Below, one piece after another: positions 19,769 through 30,484 of a stretch of 64,000 nt of DNA (position 1 is the first letter of the stretch; each line of letters opens with the position of its first letter). The DNA is from a virus (lineage: Duplodnaviria; Caudoviricetes). The DNA lies in the IMG/VR virus record IMGVR_UViG_3300021400_000193, positions 7,636 through 71,635 of that record; one strand, written 5' to 3'. The notes under the pieces are model-generated. The model had not been told where the DNA came from and did not search any database. It worked only from the letters and a program-made list of their open reading frames with translations. Made by a program: the position numbers and the translations under genes.

Positions 19769-21343
19769 ATGAAACAAAAGGTGAAAACTATGGGTTTCGG
19801 AAAAGTTATGAGAATGAGCGAAGATAAGGCTCGTTCAATTTACAATGAAAAACTCTCAGAAAGAGAGAATAAAATCCTTAAACTGAAGGAAAAATATTCA
19901 AAATCAAAGGGTCTCGCACTCGGAAAGGGTAAACTTGAAGAGATGTTCGAGAAGGATGCTAAAAAGGCTGAAAATCTTATTTTGTTCCTTGAGAACTCTG
20001 AAATTCAGGCTCGTAGAAATCCTACAATCGCACAGAATGTTCTCCAAGAACAGGCTATCAAATCAATGACAGAAGGTCAGATGAAAGAAGCAATGCAGAC
20101 TGGTGGAACAATGGCTCTCATGTTGCCAACCGATATCGTAAAGATTTCTCGTATTGCTTACACAAACTCAATCGCACAAGATGTATTTGATGTTTGGGGT
20201 ATGTCATCAATGAAAGATAGCCTTTACAAGTTGGAAACAACTTACGGTTCAACTGCTCGTGGTGCAACAGAAGGCAATGTAGTTTATGAAAACTACGGCG
20301 AAGGTCGTTATCCTTCTACATTCGAGCAAGAAACACTTACTTCTGCTGATGCAGGTGTAACATGGACTGCTACACTTTCTTATGCTCCACTTATTCCTTT
20401 CAAGGTATCTGTATTCCTTGATGGTACACAAGTAGCAACTGATAATGGTAGTGGTGTTCTTGTTGGTGCTACTCTTGATACATCAACTCCTTCAACTGTA
20501 AACTACACAAGTGGTGCTATTTCTGTAGTATTTGCAAGTGCAGTAAGTGGTGGTGCTAGTGCTGAAGTTACAGTACAGTACGCTTATGATTTCGAAGACC
20601 CTGCCCTCTTCCCAAGAACAGGTTCTGTTCTCTTGAACTTGGTTGAATATCAGTTCTCTGCTATTCTTTACCCACTCGAAGTAGAATGGACACGTTTCTC
20701 TGAAGATTTGATGAATTCAAAACTCGGACTTTCTGCTAAAGATATGCTTATTGCAGGTGCAGGTGACGAATTCCGTAAAGCATTCGATGAAAGATGTATT
20801 GCAAAGGGTATCAAGGCTTCTACATGGCACGCTCCTGTAACATTTGATACAGACTTCGCAACTGCTGGTGCTGACTCTTCTTACGCTCACGCACAGTCAG
20901 TAATTTCTGCAATCATCAATGGTGAAAACCTCCCATATGATGCAATTGGTCGTCTTGCTGATGAAACAAACATCGTTTGTGATTCAACATCTTATTCTTA
21001 CCTTACAAAGCACAACAAGTTTGTTGGTGTTAAACCTACAAGCAAAGTTGGTATCTTCAAGGTAGGTGATATCGATGGTCGTGGAGTTTATATGGCTCCT
21101 AAATCAATCATCGGTAACGGTGCTAATGAAGGCAAACTCTATCTCTTCGGTAAGAGTACAGAAAGCAAGAATGTTGATGCACCTGTATCAATCGGAACTT
21201 ACGGAACAGGTATCACTACAAACCCAGTTGAACTTAAGAATTTTAATTCACAGATGGGTTTGGGTGTTTATGCTGATAGCAAAATTAACAACAAACACTT
21301 CGCTACTGTGGTTACTCTTGAAAACCTCACTGCAAATTCGTAA
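19769..21343 (+). CDS. major capsid protein (T4 gp23-like, with N-terminal propeptide)
   Basis: strong high-expression codon bias, three TAACTAT motifs upstream, charged propeptide with (L/M)xE sites, size, strong terminator; start may be 19790. Confidence 0.8.
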   Translation: MKQKVKTMGFGKVMRMSEDKARSIYNEKLSERENKILKLKEKYSKSKGLALGKGKLEEMFEKDAKKAENLILFLENSEIQARRNPTIAQNVLQEQAIKSMTEGQMKEAMQTGGTMALMLPTDIVKISRIAYTNSIAQDVFDVWGMSSMKDSLYKLETTYGSTARGATEGNVVYENYGEGRYPSTFEQETLTSADAGVTWTATLSYAPLIPFKVSVFLDGTQVATDNGSGVLVGATLDTSTPSTVNYTSGAISVVFASAVSGGASAEVTVQYAYDFEDPALFPRTGSVLLNLVEYQFSAILYPLEVEWTRFSEDLMNSKLGLSAKDMLIAGAGDEFRKAFDERCIAKGIKASTWHAPVTFDTDFATAGADSSYAHAQSVISAIINGENLPYDAIGRLADETNIVCDSTSYSYLTKHNKFVGVKPTSKVGIFKVGDIDGRGVYMAPKSIIGNGANEGKLYLFGKSTESKNVDAPVSIGTYGTGITTNPVELKNFNSQMGLGVYADSKINNKHFATVVTLENLTANS

Positions 21344-21377
21344 GTCTAACTTGAAATCTAACAAGATATAAATAGAT

Positions 21378-21409
21378 AAAAAATACCCTAGATTTTCTAG
21401 GGTATTTTT
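21378..21409. terminator. intrinsic terminator after the capsid gene
   Basis: aaaaataccctag/ctagggtattttt. Confidence 0.85.
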
Positions 21410-21485
21410 ACTTTCATCATTAACAAAATTAGGACAAAACAAATCATAAACAAAGTAAGATAGAATTAAATAGAATGTCAACAAA

Positions 21486-21959
21486 TCACAAATAATCTGA
21501 AAAATGTTCTCCATACAAATTATCCATTTCTTTTGCCAACAACGATAATTCTTCGACAGTTCCACATTGTTTTATTTTAGTACACCATTCGACACGGAAC
21601 AATTCAAAGTGTTTGTTCATTTCTTTAATATAATTTTTAGCATACTTTTCATTTTCACTTTTTGGGTCATGGTAAAGACATTTTAATCCAAAAAATTTAT
21701 CATTTTCAATCTTATCGAAAAGCATTTCTCGAAATATTTTCTTTAATTGTGGAACAGTTTTCTTCAAATTTTTCTCTTTCTGAATTTTAATCAATTCATT
21801 TCTAAATTCTTGCGAAGATTCAATTTTCATAACAATAGAATTATCGAATTTAGGTTTATGACTTTTTATATCATATGATGTTGGATGAAGATTAAATTTT
21901 TCAATCAATTTATCTGTCCAACCGTGTCTTTTCAATGTAATGTAATTAATTTCATTCAT
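21486..21959 (-). CDS. hypothetical protein
   Basis: 157 aa, AGGAG RBS. Confidence 0.65.
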   Translation of the reverse strand: MNEINYITLKRHGWTDKLIEKFNLHPTSYDIKSHKPKFDNSIVMKIESSQEFRNELIKIQKEKNLKKTVPQLKKIFREMLFDKIENDKFFGLKCLYHDPKSENEKYAKNYIKEMNKHFELFRVEWCTKIKQCGTVEELSLLAKEMDNLYGEHFSDYL

Positions 21960-21968
21960 AACTTTCTC

Positions 21969-22595
21969 CTATTCTTCAAACTTCCAACTTTTTGAAAATT
22001 CTTTATCAGCAAATAAACTAGCAAGACCTGTCAACTGTTTCAATCTTAATAATTCTTCTTTATCCATTCCCAATCTTCGCTGAATCTCATAATCAGACAG
22101 ACCACTTGAAACAAGTTCCGTAATAATATTCGACATAATATCGATATCGTGAGTTCCCTTACATCTATTATGCAAAATTGTAGCAAACATACGGTCATAT
22201 CGATTTTGGTCTTTATTCAACACTACGCAAGGAACTACACCTTTTTCACGAATATAAATATCCTTGTAGAGTGACATAATCAAAACTCTGTGAAAACCAT
22301 CAACCAACACATAGGGATGCTTGTCTTTATCTTCATCGTTATTTGGTGCTACAACACAAGGAAGCGTCCAACCACTTTCAATCATAGAAGTATGAAGAAG
22401 TTCAAAGATATTTTTATCCATAGCATTTGGATTATAATTATTTGCTTTAATCAATTCTATCGGAATTTTCTTCACTTCATAAATCGGTGAAACATAATCA
22501 GAGTTATTCATCTGTTCTATTTCTTCGTCTGTCAAATCCCAACATCTTTCAAAAGTATGAGTATTTTCATAATTCACCGTAATTTTCTTTTCCAT
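21969..22595 (-). CDS. ParB/Srx-domain protein, IbrB-like
   Basis: ANNYNPN, GWTLPCVV, LVDGFHR, TILHNRCKGTH, LGMDKEELLRLKQ. Confidence 0.88.
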   Translation of the reverse strand: MEKKITVNYENTHTFERCWDLTDEEIEQMNNSDYVSPIYEVKKIPIELIKANNYNPNAMDKNIFELLHTSMIESGWTLPCVVAPNNDEDKDKHPYVLVDGFHRVLIMSLYKDIYIREKGVVPCVVLNKDQNRYDRMFATILHNRCKGTHDIDIMSNIITELVSSGLSDYEIQRRLGMDKEELLRLKQLTGLASLFADKEFSKSWKFEE

Positions 22596-22597
22596 AA

Positions 22598-23929
22598 TTA
22601 CAACTCCTTAAATTTTTCCAATGCTATTTTTCTTTTTTCTGATTCCGTCTTGCTAGGTGAAAATCCCATTGTTTTACAAATGTAATCATTCTTCAAAATT
22701 GTTACACACATTCTCTTGTAAGACGGTAAATCCATCCATTTCTTACACAAACTTAAATCATCAGGGTAACTTTTAAACCTTACAAGATGTTTATTTTTAT
22801 ATCTAGAACTTTCTCCCAAATCTTCAATTTCAATATCTTTATAAAATTCGTGTATCTCATCGATGCTCTGTGGGTCAATGAATGCACCTTTTCCCTTACA
22901 CCAATAACTTATACTAGTAGTAAACTTTTCTATAAAATGATTTTTCACATCTTCGCTACAAGTGTTCAGCAAAAATTCACAGTAAGTTCTCCATGTGTAG
23001 TTTTTCGGAAGTTTACAATCTCTCCATCCCATAAGTTTTGTATCACCATAAAGGGAAACAAAGTTTGCACCTTGTACACGAGAAATCATTCTTCCCCACA
23101 TCGAAGGATTAATACACTTATAAAATTTTAATGTTGCATTGGCTTGATTATTGAATGGACTTGCTACACGCATTTGGTCTACTGAAAGACTTGCTTTATA
23201 ATACAAATCATACAACTTGTTATATGTCTTCCCACTCTTCGCAAAGTACACCCATACATCTTCTACAATCCAATCATAAATCGGATATGACATCGATGAA
23301 AGTTCATTTTCCACAATCCATCTGTTGCCACTTTCAATGCGGTGATTGTCAAAAGAATGTGAACCACTTGTAACCAACATGTAACGGTCATAAGATTCTT
23401 CTGCTCGAATGCCACAAGCATTCACAGATTTTCCATATTTACTAGAAAACCAATTTGAAAATGCAGATAACAAATCCTTATCCCACCATTCATAATCAAA
23501 ATTAAACGGACAATTTTCTTCCGTAACTACATAATCATAGTTCGGTAATTCTCTTACCCAAATTTCTCTCTGTTCTTTATTCCAAGGTCTCCAAAACCCC
23601 TTCGATTCCAACGAGCAACAATTCTGAGCCTTGAACGGTAGACACAACCAATATTTATGCTTTATATCAGACAATGATTTGAAGGTTTCATCAACAAATT
23701 CCGTAGTCATATCATACTGTGCTTCAAAATCTTCATGTACAATACAAACTCGGTCAATCAGATTATGTTTCCTAGCATAATCAACAACAAGATTTAGACA
23801 AACGGTTGAATCCTTACCACCACTGAATGGTACAATTATATTCTGATAACGGTCGAATAGAAATTCTATCCGTTTCTGAGATTCTTCAAACACATTGGTT
23901 TCGTTGTATATTTTCATGTATTTCTCCAT
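22598..23929 (-). CDS. PAPS-reductase-like PP-loop protein, IbrA-like (DUF3440)
   Basis: FSGGKDS, GIRAEES, YPIYDW, YNKLYD, MRVASPF, PSYKRMC..ILKND. Confidence 0.9.
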   Translation of the reverse strand: MEKYMKIYNETNVFEESQKRIEFLFDRYQNIIVPFSGGKDSTVCLNLVVDYARKHNLIDRVCIVHEDFEAQYDMTTEFVDETFKSLSDIKHKYWLCLPFKAQNCCSLESKGFWRPWNKEQREIWVRELPNYDYVVTEENCPFNFDYEWWDKDLLSAFSNWFSSKYGKSVNACGIRAEESYDRYMLVTSGSHSFDNHRIESGNRWIVENELSSMSYPIYDWIVEDVWVYFAKSGKTYNKLYDLYYKASLSVDQMRVASPFNNQANATLKFYKCINPSMWGRMISRVQGANFVSLYGDTKLMGWRDCKLPKNYTWRTYCEFLLNTCSEDVKNHFIEKFTTSISYWCKGKGAFIDPQSIDEIHEFYKDIEIEDLGESSRYKNKHLVRFKSYPDDLSLCKKWMDLPSYKRMCVTILKNDYICKTMGFSPSKTESEKRKIALEKFKEL

Positions 23930-23932
23930 AAA

Positions 23933-25141
23933 TCATCTTGTTTTAAACTGTTCTACATAATTTTTACCATATTTTTCATCTACAATTTTCATAATTTTAA
24001 TTATATCTTTCTTTATAATGAGTTTCACATTATTTTCTTCCATACATTTTTGTTTACACATATCCCATTCACGATTTTTCATTTGTTTAAGATTTCCATC
24101 TTCATCTAACAATTGTCCACCTTTAATTTCAATATTTTCACCATTTACTAAGAAATCACATTCATAACGATGAATATTACCATTATATTTATATTCAAAA
24201 ATCTTGCCTTTAGTTATATTATTTTTAAGAATATATTTATTATAAATATAAAAATAAACTTCCCATGAACTATGAAATTCTAATTTCTCAAACATATATT
24301 GATGCGTTACTGATAAAGTTCCGTGATTTTCAATTCTACTTTTCATTGATTTTTCTGAATCAGTAATTGAACGTTTACCATATTTCTTTAATTTGGTTTC
24401 TTCTATTTTCTTTTGTCTTTCATCAGTACAAGATTCTTTTACTTTTTCAGAAATCTTGTTTCTCGCTTCATTAGAACGAGAAGGATTATCAACTCCATAT
24501 TTTTTCATACAAGTTTGTTCTTGAAAAAATAATTTTCTTTCTTTTGCCGAACCAAATCCTTTAAGAAAATCTTCAAATTTTTCTTTCTGCTCTTCATTAA
24601 TGAAAGCAAATTGATGAGATGGTTTATAAACTTTAATTCCTAGATGTTCAAGAATCGCTAACGCAGTATTTTCACAAAAATCATATTTTTTACCAAGTTT
24701 ATCAATAATATTTCTTAATGGAATCCAACCATCTTTAGTATATTTCAAATCTCTTAATTCCGCACGATTAAACGTTGAGATACTTTTCATAAATTCATCA
24801 AATCTTTCACATTCTTCATTAGAATAAACATATTTGAATTCAAGATTAACATGTTCGCATTTTATTCTAAATTGTTTTTCATTTAGATTATATTTTTTAA
24901 GCAAATCTAAAAGAAGAGTACCTTCGTAAAAATTTTTAATATTATGTGATTTAATATATTTTATCTGATTCGTTGTATAAGTAGAAACAAATTTTTCAAT
25001 AATAGGAATGTTCTCAATGAGAACACATTTAGCATTATTTTCGATTTCAATAGGAATGTTCAAAAATTCAAGATAAGAAATAAACTGATAGAAATCAATT
25101 TTGTATTTTTCTGAAAGTTTTTTAACAGAGATATAATCCAT
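23933..25141 (-). CDS. homing-endonuclease-like PD-(D/E)XK protein
   Basis: TCMKKYGVDN repeat; FHSSWE...YECDF..NGENIEIKG, paralogous to the nuclease domain of 4092..6098. Confidence 0.75.
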   Translation of the reverse strand: MDYISVKKLSEKYKIDFYQFISYLEFLNIPIEIENNAKCVLIENIPIIEKFVSTYTTNQIKYIKSHNIKNFYEGTLLLDLLKKYNLNEKQFRIKCEHVNLEFKYVYSNEECERFDEFMKSISTFNRAELRDLKYTKDGWIPLRNIIDKLGKKYDFCENTALAILEHLGIKVYKPSHQFAFINEEQKEKFEDFLKGFGSAKERKLFFQEQTCMKKYGVDNPSRSNEARNKISEKVKESCTDERQKKIEETKLKKYGKRSITDSEKSMKSRIENHGTLSVTHQYMFEKLEFHSSWEVYFYIYNKYILKNNITKGKIFEYKYNGNIHRYECDFLVNGENIEIKGGQLLDEDGNLKQMKNREWDMCKQKCMEENNVKLIIKKDIIKIMKIVDEKYGKNYVEQFKTR

Positions 25142-25277
25142 AAATTCCTCCTACAATGCACTAAGTTCCGCTAAGAAATGCACCATAGGTTTTAGCGGAA
25201 CTTACGGATTATTTCTTACATATAATATAGTAGATTTTATAGAAAATGTCAAGATAATTTGAAGTTTATTTGAACCT

Positions 25278-25550
25278 TTATTTTCCTAAATATAATCCCA
25301 AAACATCACTCTTGAATAAATATATTACTTTAAGTTTCAAAATACCATTATAATCCAAGCATACTTCCATTAAATTATCATAAATCCAAATGTGCTGAAT
25401 ATTCAGTTTTGTTATCGAAACGATATCTTCTATAAATGTTTCCAAATCATTTACATATTTTATCTTTTTAAAGTCAAATTCCAAATCTGCTAGTTTTTCA
25501 TCATAACATTCAAAATCTTCAAATTTAATATCTTGATTATAAAGTTTCAT
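25278..25550 (-). CDS. hypothetical protein
   Basis: 90 aa with RBS. Confidence 0.6.
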   Translation of the reverse strand: MKLYNQDIKFEDFECYDEKLADLEFDFKKIKYVNDLETFIEDIVSITKLNIQHIWIYDNLMEVCLDYNGILKLKVIYLFKSDVLGLYLGK

Positions 25551-25585
25551 AATTCATACCTCTTAAAAATAATATATGAATATAG

Positions 25586-26347
25586 TTATAAATCAAAAAT
25601 ATTTTCCTTACATTTTTCTATTCTGTTTTTGGCAATTTCAAAATATTTATCATCTTTTTCTATTCCAATGAAATTACGATTAGTATTGATACAAGCAACT
25701 CCTGTACTTCCACTTCCCATACAATTGTCCAAGACAGTTTCATTTTCATTGGTGTATGTTTTGATGAGATTTTCCAAAAGATTTGTTGGTTTTTGAGTAG
25801 GATGTAATTTTCCATTTCTATTTGGAACTACATCGAATTTTAAAATATCAGACGGTTGTACAAAATTAGGGTCATATTTTTTCTTTATTTTATTTAATTT
25901 GAGATGATTAGAATTTCCACAATAATGTTCATAATTATAACATTCTTTACCTTTTCCAATTCTTTCCTTCATAATGGGATTATAAGTTGGAAGTTCTTTA
26001 TAAAATACTGAAATTGTTTCATAATATTTCATCGGTCTATATTTTGCAGATGACATTCCTGTAGGAACATTTTTTTCCCAAATTAAATTATATTTAAAAT
26101 CTTTTCTATTCGAGTTGATTAAATCTACAGTAAATAATCCACTTCCAAATAAAACAATTGCTCCATTATCTTTAATCACTCGATTATACTGTTCCCATAA
26201 CTTATCAAACGGAATTATATTATCCCATTTTAAAGTTTCAGATTTTAATTGACCATAAGGTAAATCACACAAAATCATATCCACCGATTTATCAGCAATT
26301 TTATTCATCTCAATAAGACAATCGCCTTTATATAATGTTTCTGTCAT
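25586..26347 (-). CDS. N6/N4 DNA methyltransferase (beta class)
   Basis: CDLPYG, HPTQKP, DNCMGSGST; start MTETLYKGDC with GAGG RBS. Confidence 0.9.
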   Translation of the reverse strand: MTETLYKGDCLIEMNKIADKSVDMILCDLPYGQLKSETLKWDNIIPFDKLWEQYNRVIKDNGAIVLFGSGLFTVDLINSNRKDFKYNLIWEKNVPTGMSSAKYRPMKYYETISVFYKELPTYNPIMKERIGKGKECYNYEHYCGNSNHLKLNKIKKKYDPNFVQPSDILKFDVVPNRNGKLHPTQKPTNLLENLIKTYTNENETVLDNCMGSGSTGVACINTNRNFIGIEKDDKYFEIAKNRIEKCKENIFDL

Positions 26348-26447
26348 ACATTCCTCAAAAATTCTTAATTTCATAAAATCCGTAGTTAAAGGGGTAAATT
26401 TGTCGATTTTTGGCAAATTTATCCCCTTAGCTACATAAAATCTCTAA

Positions 26448-28694
26448 TTAAAAGAATTCCTCAAACATACTAGGTCTTGCATCTATACCGAAATCTTCAA
26501 GACGGTCGTATATTAAATTTATATACCATTGTTTATCTAGCATTGGATATTCTGAACATTTTTTATCATGAATATCACCGTTTTCGATAAATACATGGTC
26601 TGATTGTCCTGCAAATTTTTCAATAGTATCGCTATCCGCTTTCTTTTTACCTAAATATGTATCTTTCAAATCTTTACTAGCAAATACACGATAACACTTA
26701 TTGGTATATTTTATTCCGTTATGATAAACTTCTTTATAATTACCACTCAACTTGAATGTTTTCATAAATCGCCAAAGTTCATCACAATTATTTATAAATT
26801 CTTCAACATTGATTTTGTGCATGATATATTCTCTGATACATTCATTCACAATAGGTAAATCATTATCCAAATCATTTGTCTCTTTTACATAAGAACCTTT
26901 TACTTCGATTTTACCATTAGCGAATTCAAACAAATAATTATTGACATCTTTAAAATAAGCATAGTTAATATCGTCACGAGCCAAACCCATCAAACTCCTA
27001 TGTTCCCAGTCTTGTCTAATCCTTTCTACAGTTTCAATATCTTTTTCAGAAAAACATTTTACTAGCAAGCCATCTGTATTTGAGTTCAAAATTCTACAAC
27101 ACTTTGCTTCTTCGAGATGTTCAATTAAGTCTACAAGATACATCTGTCCATAAACAGAAATTAATGTTGCACCTCTAGGATAATAAGCATTGGAATTTTT
27201 ATCACGGAGGATACCATATGTTCCGTTTAAAACAATTTTTAACGGTGCTTGTTCTTTCTTTTTACCTTCTCGTTTTAATTGTAATCGTTTTTCATAAATT
27301 TCTTTATAAATTTTATGACCTTCTTTACCAAAAGCAAGTTCAAAAATAGTCTTATCTTCTGGATATACTTTTGCAAAAATTCCAAGACTTGGGTAGTAAC
27401 TATTGACATCAAGATGCATTATAATTCCACCGTCTTTATTATCAATATATTCCTTTGCAACCGAAGCATGAATTCCACCCCATCCAATTGTATGTTTTAA
27501 TCCCATAATTTCAAAATCAGCCTTTTTACTCAAATCATGATTTTGAGGATTCAAAAACCAATCTATAACATATTTATATTTTTTTACTTGCAAATTTGGT
27601 GGACATACGATATTCCATTGGTCAGAATCATCATGTGTACCTTTCTTACATTTCAAAATATCCGCTACAATTTGCGCTGATGTTTTATTAATTTCATTGA
27701 ATGAAAGATAATCAAACATCTCAATTAAACCCATATGAGCGTCATAAGTATATGGACTTCTCTTAAATACTTCTATACAACTTTTTACATCATGGTCATT
27801 ATATTTTAAAATTTCAGTCCATTCATCATTAGTAAGCAATCTGTTTATATCAAACGGGGTGTGGTCCTCATTTATTTCCATTTGTAAAAATGATTCATAT
27901 TGTTTAAGACTATGCCCCAAAATATAACAATCGAAAGCATACAATTCTATATCTTTAAATTTATCTGAAATCTGAAATCCTTTAAGACCATCATAAACAA
28001 TTTTATCATTTATTTCTTTAGGATTCATTCCTAAAATAATACCCTTGAAAATAAAATTATCATAATTTCTATTGTTAAATGCAAAAAACAAATTGGACTT
28101 ATTTTTATAATAAAATTCAAGTAAAGATTTTCTTTGATTTACAATTACAGTCTTTTTGTAATTCATCACATCGTAGAATGTAACACACCAATCATACTTA
28201 TATACCTCAAAATCAAAAAAAATGGCATTTCTAGGAAATCTTTCTTTTGTAAAAAAATCCTTATAATCATCCGCATTCAAATCCGTAACTCTAGTGAACA
28301 CAATCTGCTTACTACAATCAACTTCCGAATCATCTATTACTTTTTCTACCACACACTTCTTCACCTTTTTCACAGTCGGCACATTAGCAGAACTAGGTGT
28401 TTCAATCTTACCACTTTCAAAATCACTGAAATCGCAAGGAGAATTGTTCATAGCATTAGACTTCACAGTAGATTCATCTTTCACAATCTTCTTTACTTTT
28501 TTTACTGCATTAGGACTTGTGGTATAATTTTCTTTTACTGTACTCATACCTACAAATTCGGCTTTACATATATTTACAACTTCCCCATTACAAGTTCCTA
28601 CATCATTACATTTACTGAAATCAACACCAATAAAATTCGGTTCACTCACAACTTTCTTGATTTTCTTTACAGTCTTTACATTTGTTTCGCTCAT
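26448..28694 (-). CDS. family B DNA polymerase
   Basis: Exo FFDFE, FNNRNYD, YNDHD; Pol DVNSYYPS, KIVLNGTYG, SNTDG. Confidence 0.92.
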   Translation of the reverse strand: MSETNVKTVKKIKKVVSEPNFIGVDFSKCNDVGTCNGEVVNICKAEFVGMSTVKENYTTSPNAVKKVKKIVKDESTVKSNAMNNSPCDFSDFESGKIETPSSANVPTVKKVKKCVVEKVIDDSEVDCSKQIVFTRVTDLNADDYKDFFTKERFPRNAIFFDFEVYKYDWCVTFYDVMNYKKTVIVNQRKSLLEFYYKNKSNLFFAFNNRNYDNFIFKGIILGMNPKEINDKIVYDGLKGFQISDKFKDIELYAFDCYILGHSLKQYESFLQMEINEDHTPFDINRLLTNDEWTEILKYNDHDVKSCIEVFKRSPYTYDAHMGLIEMFDYLSFNEINKTSAQIVADILKCKKGTHDDSDQWNIVCPPNLQVKKYKYVIDWFLNPQNHDLSKKADFEIMGLKHTIGWGGIHASVAKEYIDNKDGGIIMHLDVNSYYPSLGIFAKVYPEDKTIFELAFGKEGHKIYKEIYEKRLQLKREGKKKEQAPLKIVLNGTYGILRDKNSNAYYPRGATLISVYGQMYLVDLIEHLEEAKCCRILNSNTDGLLVKCFSEKDIETVERIRQDWEHRSLMGLARDDINYAYFKDVNNYLFEFANGKIEVKGSYVKETNDLDNDLPIVNECIREYIMHKINVEEFINNCDELWRFMKTFKLSGNYKEVYHNGIKYTNKCYRVFASKDLKDTYLGKKKADSDTIEKFAGQSDHVFIENGDIHDKKCSEYPMLDKQWYINLIYDRLEDFGIDARPSMFEEFF

Positions 28695-28767
28695 ATCTTA
28701 ATCCTTATGTTGTTTTATATGATTTTATGCTCTTTCTGAAATAATTTCAATTCTAAACTGAAAATTT

Positions 28768-29631
28768 TTACATATCAAACAAACTTTCATTTTGTTTTTC
28801 ACAACCTTTTACATATAAACTTTCATATACTATTTCATCAGTCTTATTTCCTATAACCCTTCTAAATGATGAATTTCCGTTTTTCAAATAAACATGTTTG
28901 TCATAAACAGACTTCGGCACATCATAAGTCGAGTCTTCATCTTCACAATACCCATCAAATGAAAAACAATATGAGCATTTTAAATTTTGAAGAAAGTTAA
29001 AAAATTTATTATTATTTATTGCACCAAAATACATTCCTTTAGTGTTAGCATAAGGTGGGTCGTAATAACAAAAATCATTTTCATTCGGACTGAATGTATC
29101 ATAACTTGCATTTATAAATTCCACATTATGATTATTCAATGTCTTATTCCATTCTTTTAATATCTTTTCCAATCTAAACGGCTCGATTCCATTTCTTGTT
29201 ACATGAAAAGAATTGTTGAATTCTCCATCAGAATTATATCTTGGCATACCGTTTGTGGTTGTACGCATTATGAACATGAAATCTTTAGGGTCATGTTTCT
29301 CATTCAATCTTTTTCTTATTTCTACAAAATACAGTTTCTTTCTTTCAAAATCAGAATCTTTGTTTAATTCATTCCATAAAAGTTCATAGTGAGAAATAAT
29401 TGACTTATAATCATTCTGTATGAGTTTATATAAATTTATCAAATCTGAATTCAAATCAGACAAAACAAATTTATCCACTTTTATATCGGAATTCATAAGT
29501 CTGTATGCTACAGAGCCACCACCAAGAAAAGACTCATAATAAGTTTCTATTTTTCTAGGGAAGTATGAAATAATTTCATCACATTGACTTCTTTTACTTC
29601 CACTCCATTTAATCGCTGGTTGAAAATTCAT
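28768..29631 (-). CDS. DNA adenine methyltransferase (Dam/D12 class)
   Basis: KWSGSK, ESFLGGGSV, YYDPPY. Confidence 0.92.
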   Translation of the reverse strand: MNFQPAIKWSGSKRSQCDEIISYFPRKIETYYESFLGGGSVAYRLMNSDIKVDKFVLSDLNSDLINLYKLIQNDYKSIISHYELLWNELNKDSDFERKKLYFVEIRKRLNEKHDPKDFMFIMRTTTNGMPRYNSDGEFNNSFHVTRNGIEPFRLEKILKEWNKTLNNHNVEFINASYDTFSPNENDFCYYDPPYANTKGMYFGAINNNKFFNFLQNLKCSYCFSFDGYCEDEDSTYDVPKSVYDKHVYLKNGNSSFRRVIGNKTDEIVYESLYVKGCEKQNESLFDM

Positions 29632-29645
29632 AATTTATTTTCCTA

Positions 29646-30482
29646 TTACATATCAAATATACTTTCTTCATTTCTTCTTATTCTGCTTCCGACATATTCT
29701 TTAACAAGTTCCTTGTCATAATTATTCAACCAATTATTTGCTTTATCATACATATCTTTATCAATTTCGCAACCAATGTAATTTCTACCACAAACAGAAC
29801 AAGCGATTCCACTAGAACAACTTCCACTGAATGGGTCAAACACAACATCATTTTTATCTGAACTAATCATCAATAATTCTACCCATAATAGAAAAGGTTT
29901 TTGTGTAGAATGAATTTGCGGTTCAAACTTATTTTTAAAAAACGGTGAGGTGAAAAACAAAGCATTTCCAACACCACTCCAACGAACACGCATACCTGTG
30001 TTTTGGTCTATCATCCACCCTCTAGGTTTTCCGTCTTTGATATAAGGCACTACAACTTCCCTTAAATATTCAACAGAATTCCATTTATAATTCTTACCTT
30101 TTGAAATATGCAAAACTTCTTCGCATTGACTTTTCAATTTATTCTTTGAACCCCTTCCTTTTGCTCTAACATAAGTAAGCCAATTGTCAAGATTAAGATT
30201 CAAATTATCAAACTTTTTTAATACATCAAACACAATTGGAATTTTTGTTCTACCGCAACATAACCAAATCGTTCCGTTATCTTTTAATATCCTTTCAAAT
30301 TCAAAAAATAGATGGAATAAAAAATCTGAATATTCTTCATCAGTCATATTATCCCATTCTGTATTTGAAGTTTGACCTTTAAATGAAATTCCATAAGGAG
30401 GGTCTGTCATTATCAAATCTATAGAATTATTTTCCATAGATTTCATTTTCTCAAAACAATCTATATTTTCAAAATCAATCAT
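29646..30482 (-). CDS. N6/N4 DNA methyltransferase
   Basis: TDPPYG, HSTQKP, DPFSGS. Confidence 0.9.
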   Translation of the reverse strand: MIDFENIDCFEKMKSMENNSIDLIMTDPPYGISFKGQTSNTEWDNMTDEEYSDFLFHLFFEFERILKDNGTIWLCCGRTKIPIVFDVLKKFDNLNLNLDNWLTYVRAKGRGSKNKLKSQCEEVLHISKGKNYKWNSVEYLREVVVPYIKDGKPRGWMIDQNTGMRVRWSGVGNALFFTSPFFKNKFEPQIHSTQKPFLLWVELLMISSDKNDVVFDPFSGSCSSGIACSVCGRNYIGCEIDKDMYDKANNWLNNYDKELVKEYVGSRIRRNEESIFDM

Positions 30483-30484
30483 AT

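Noticed and set aside
22598-23929. Dnd/Ssp phosphorothioation system
   Set aside because: Motifs and the ParB partner fit IbrA/IbrB; no DndA/D/E or SspB/C partners in the window
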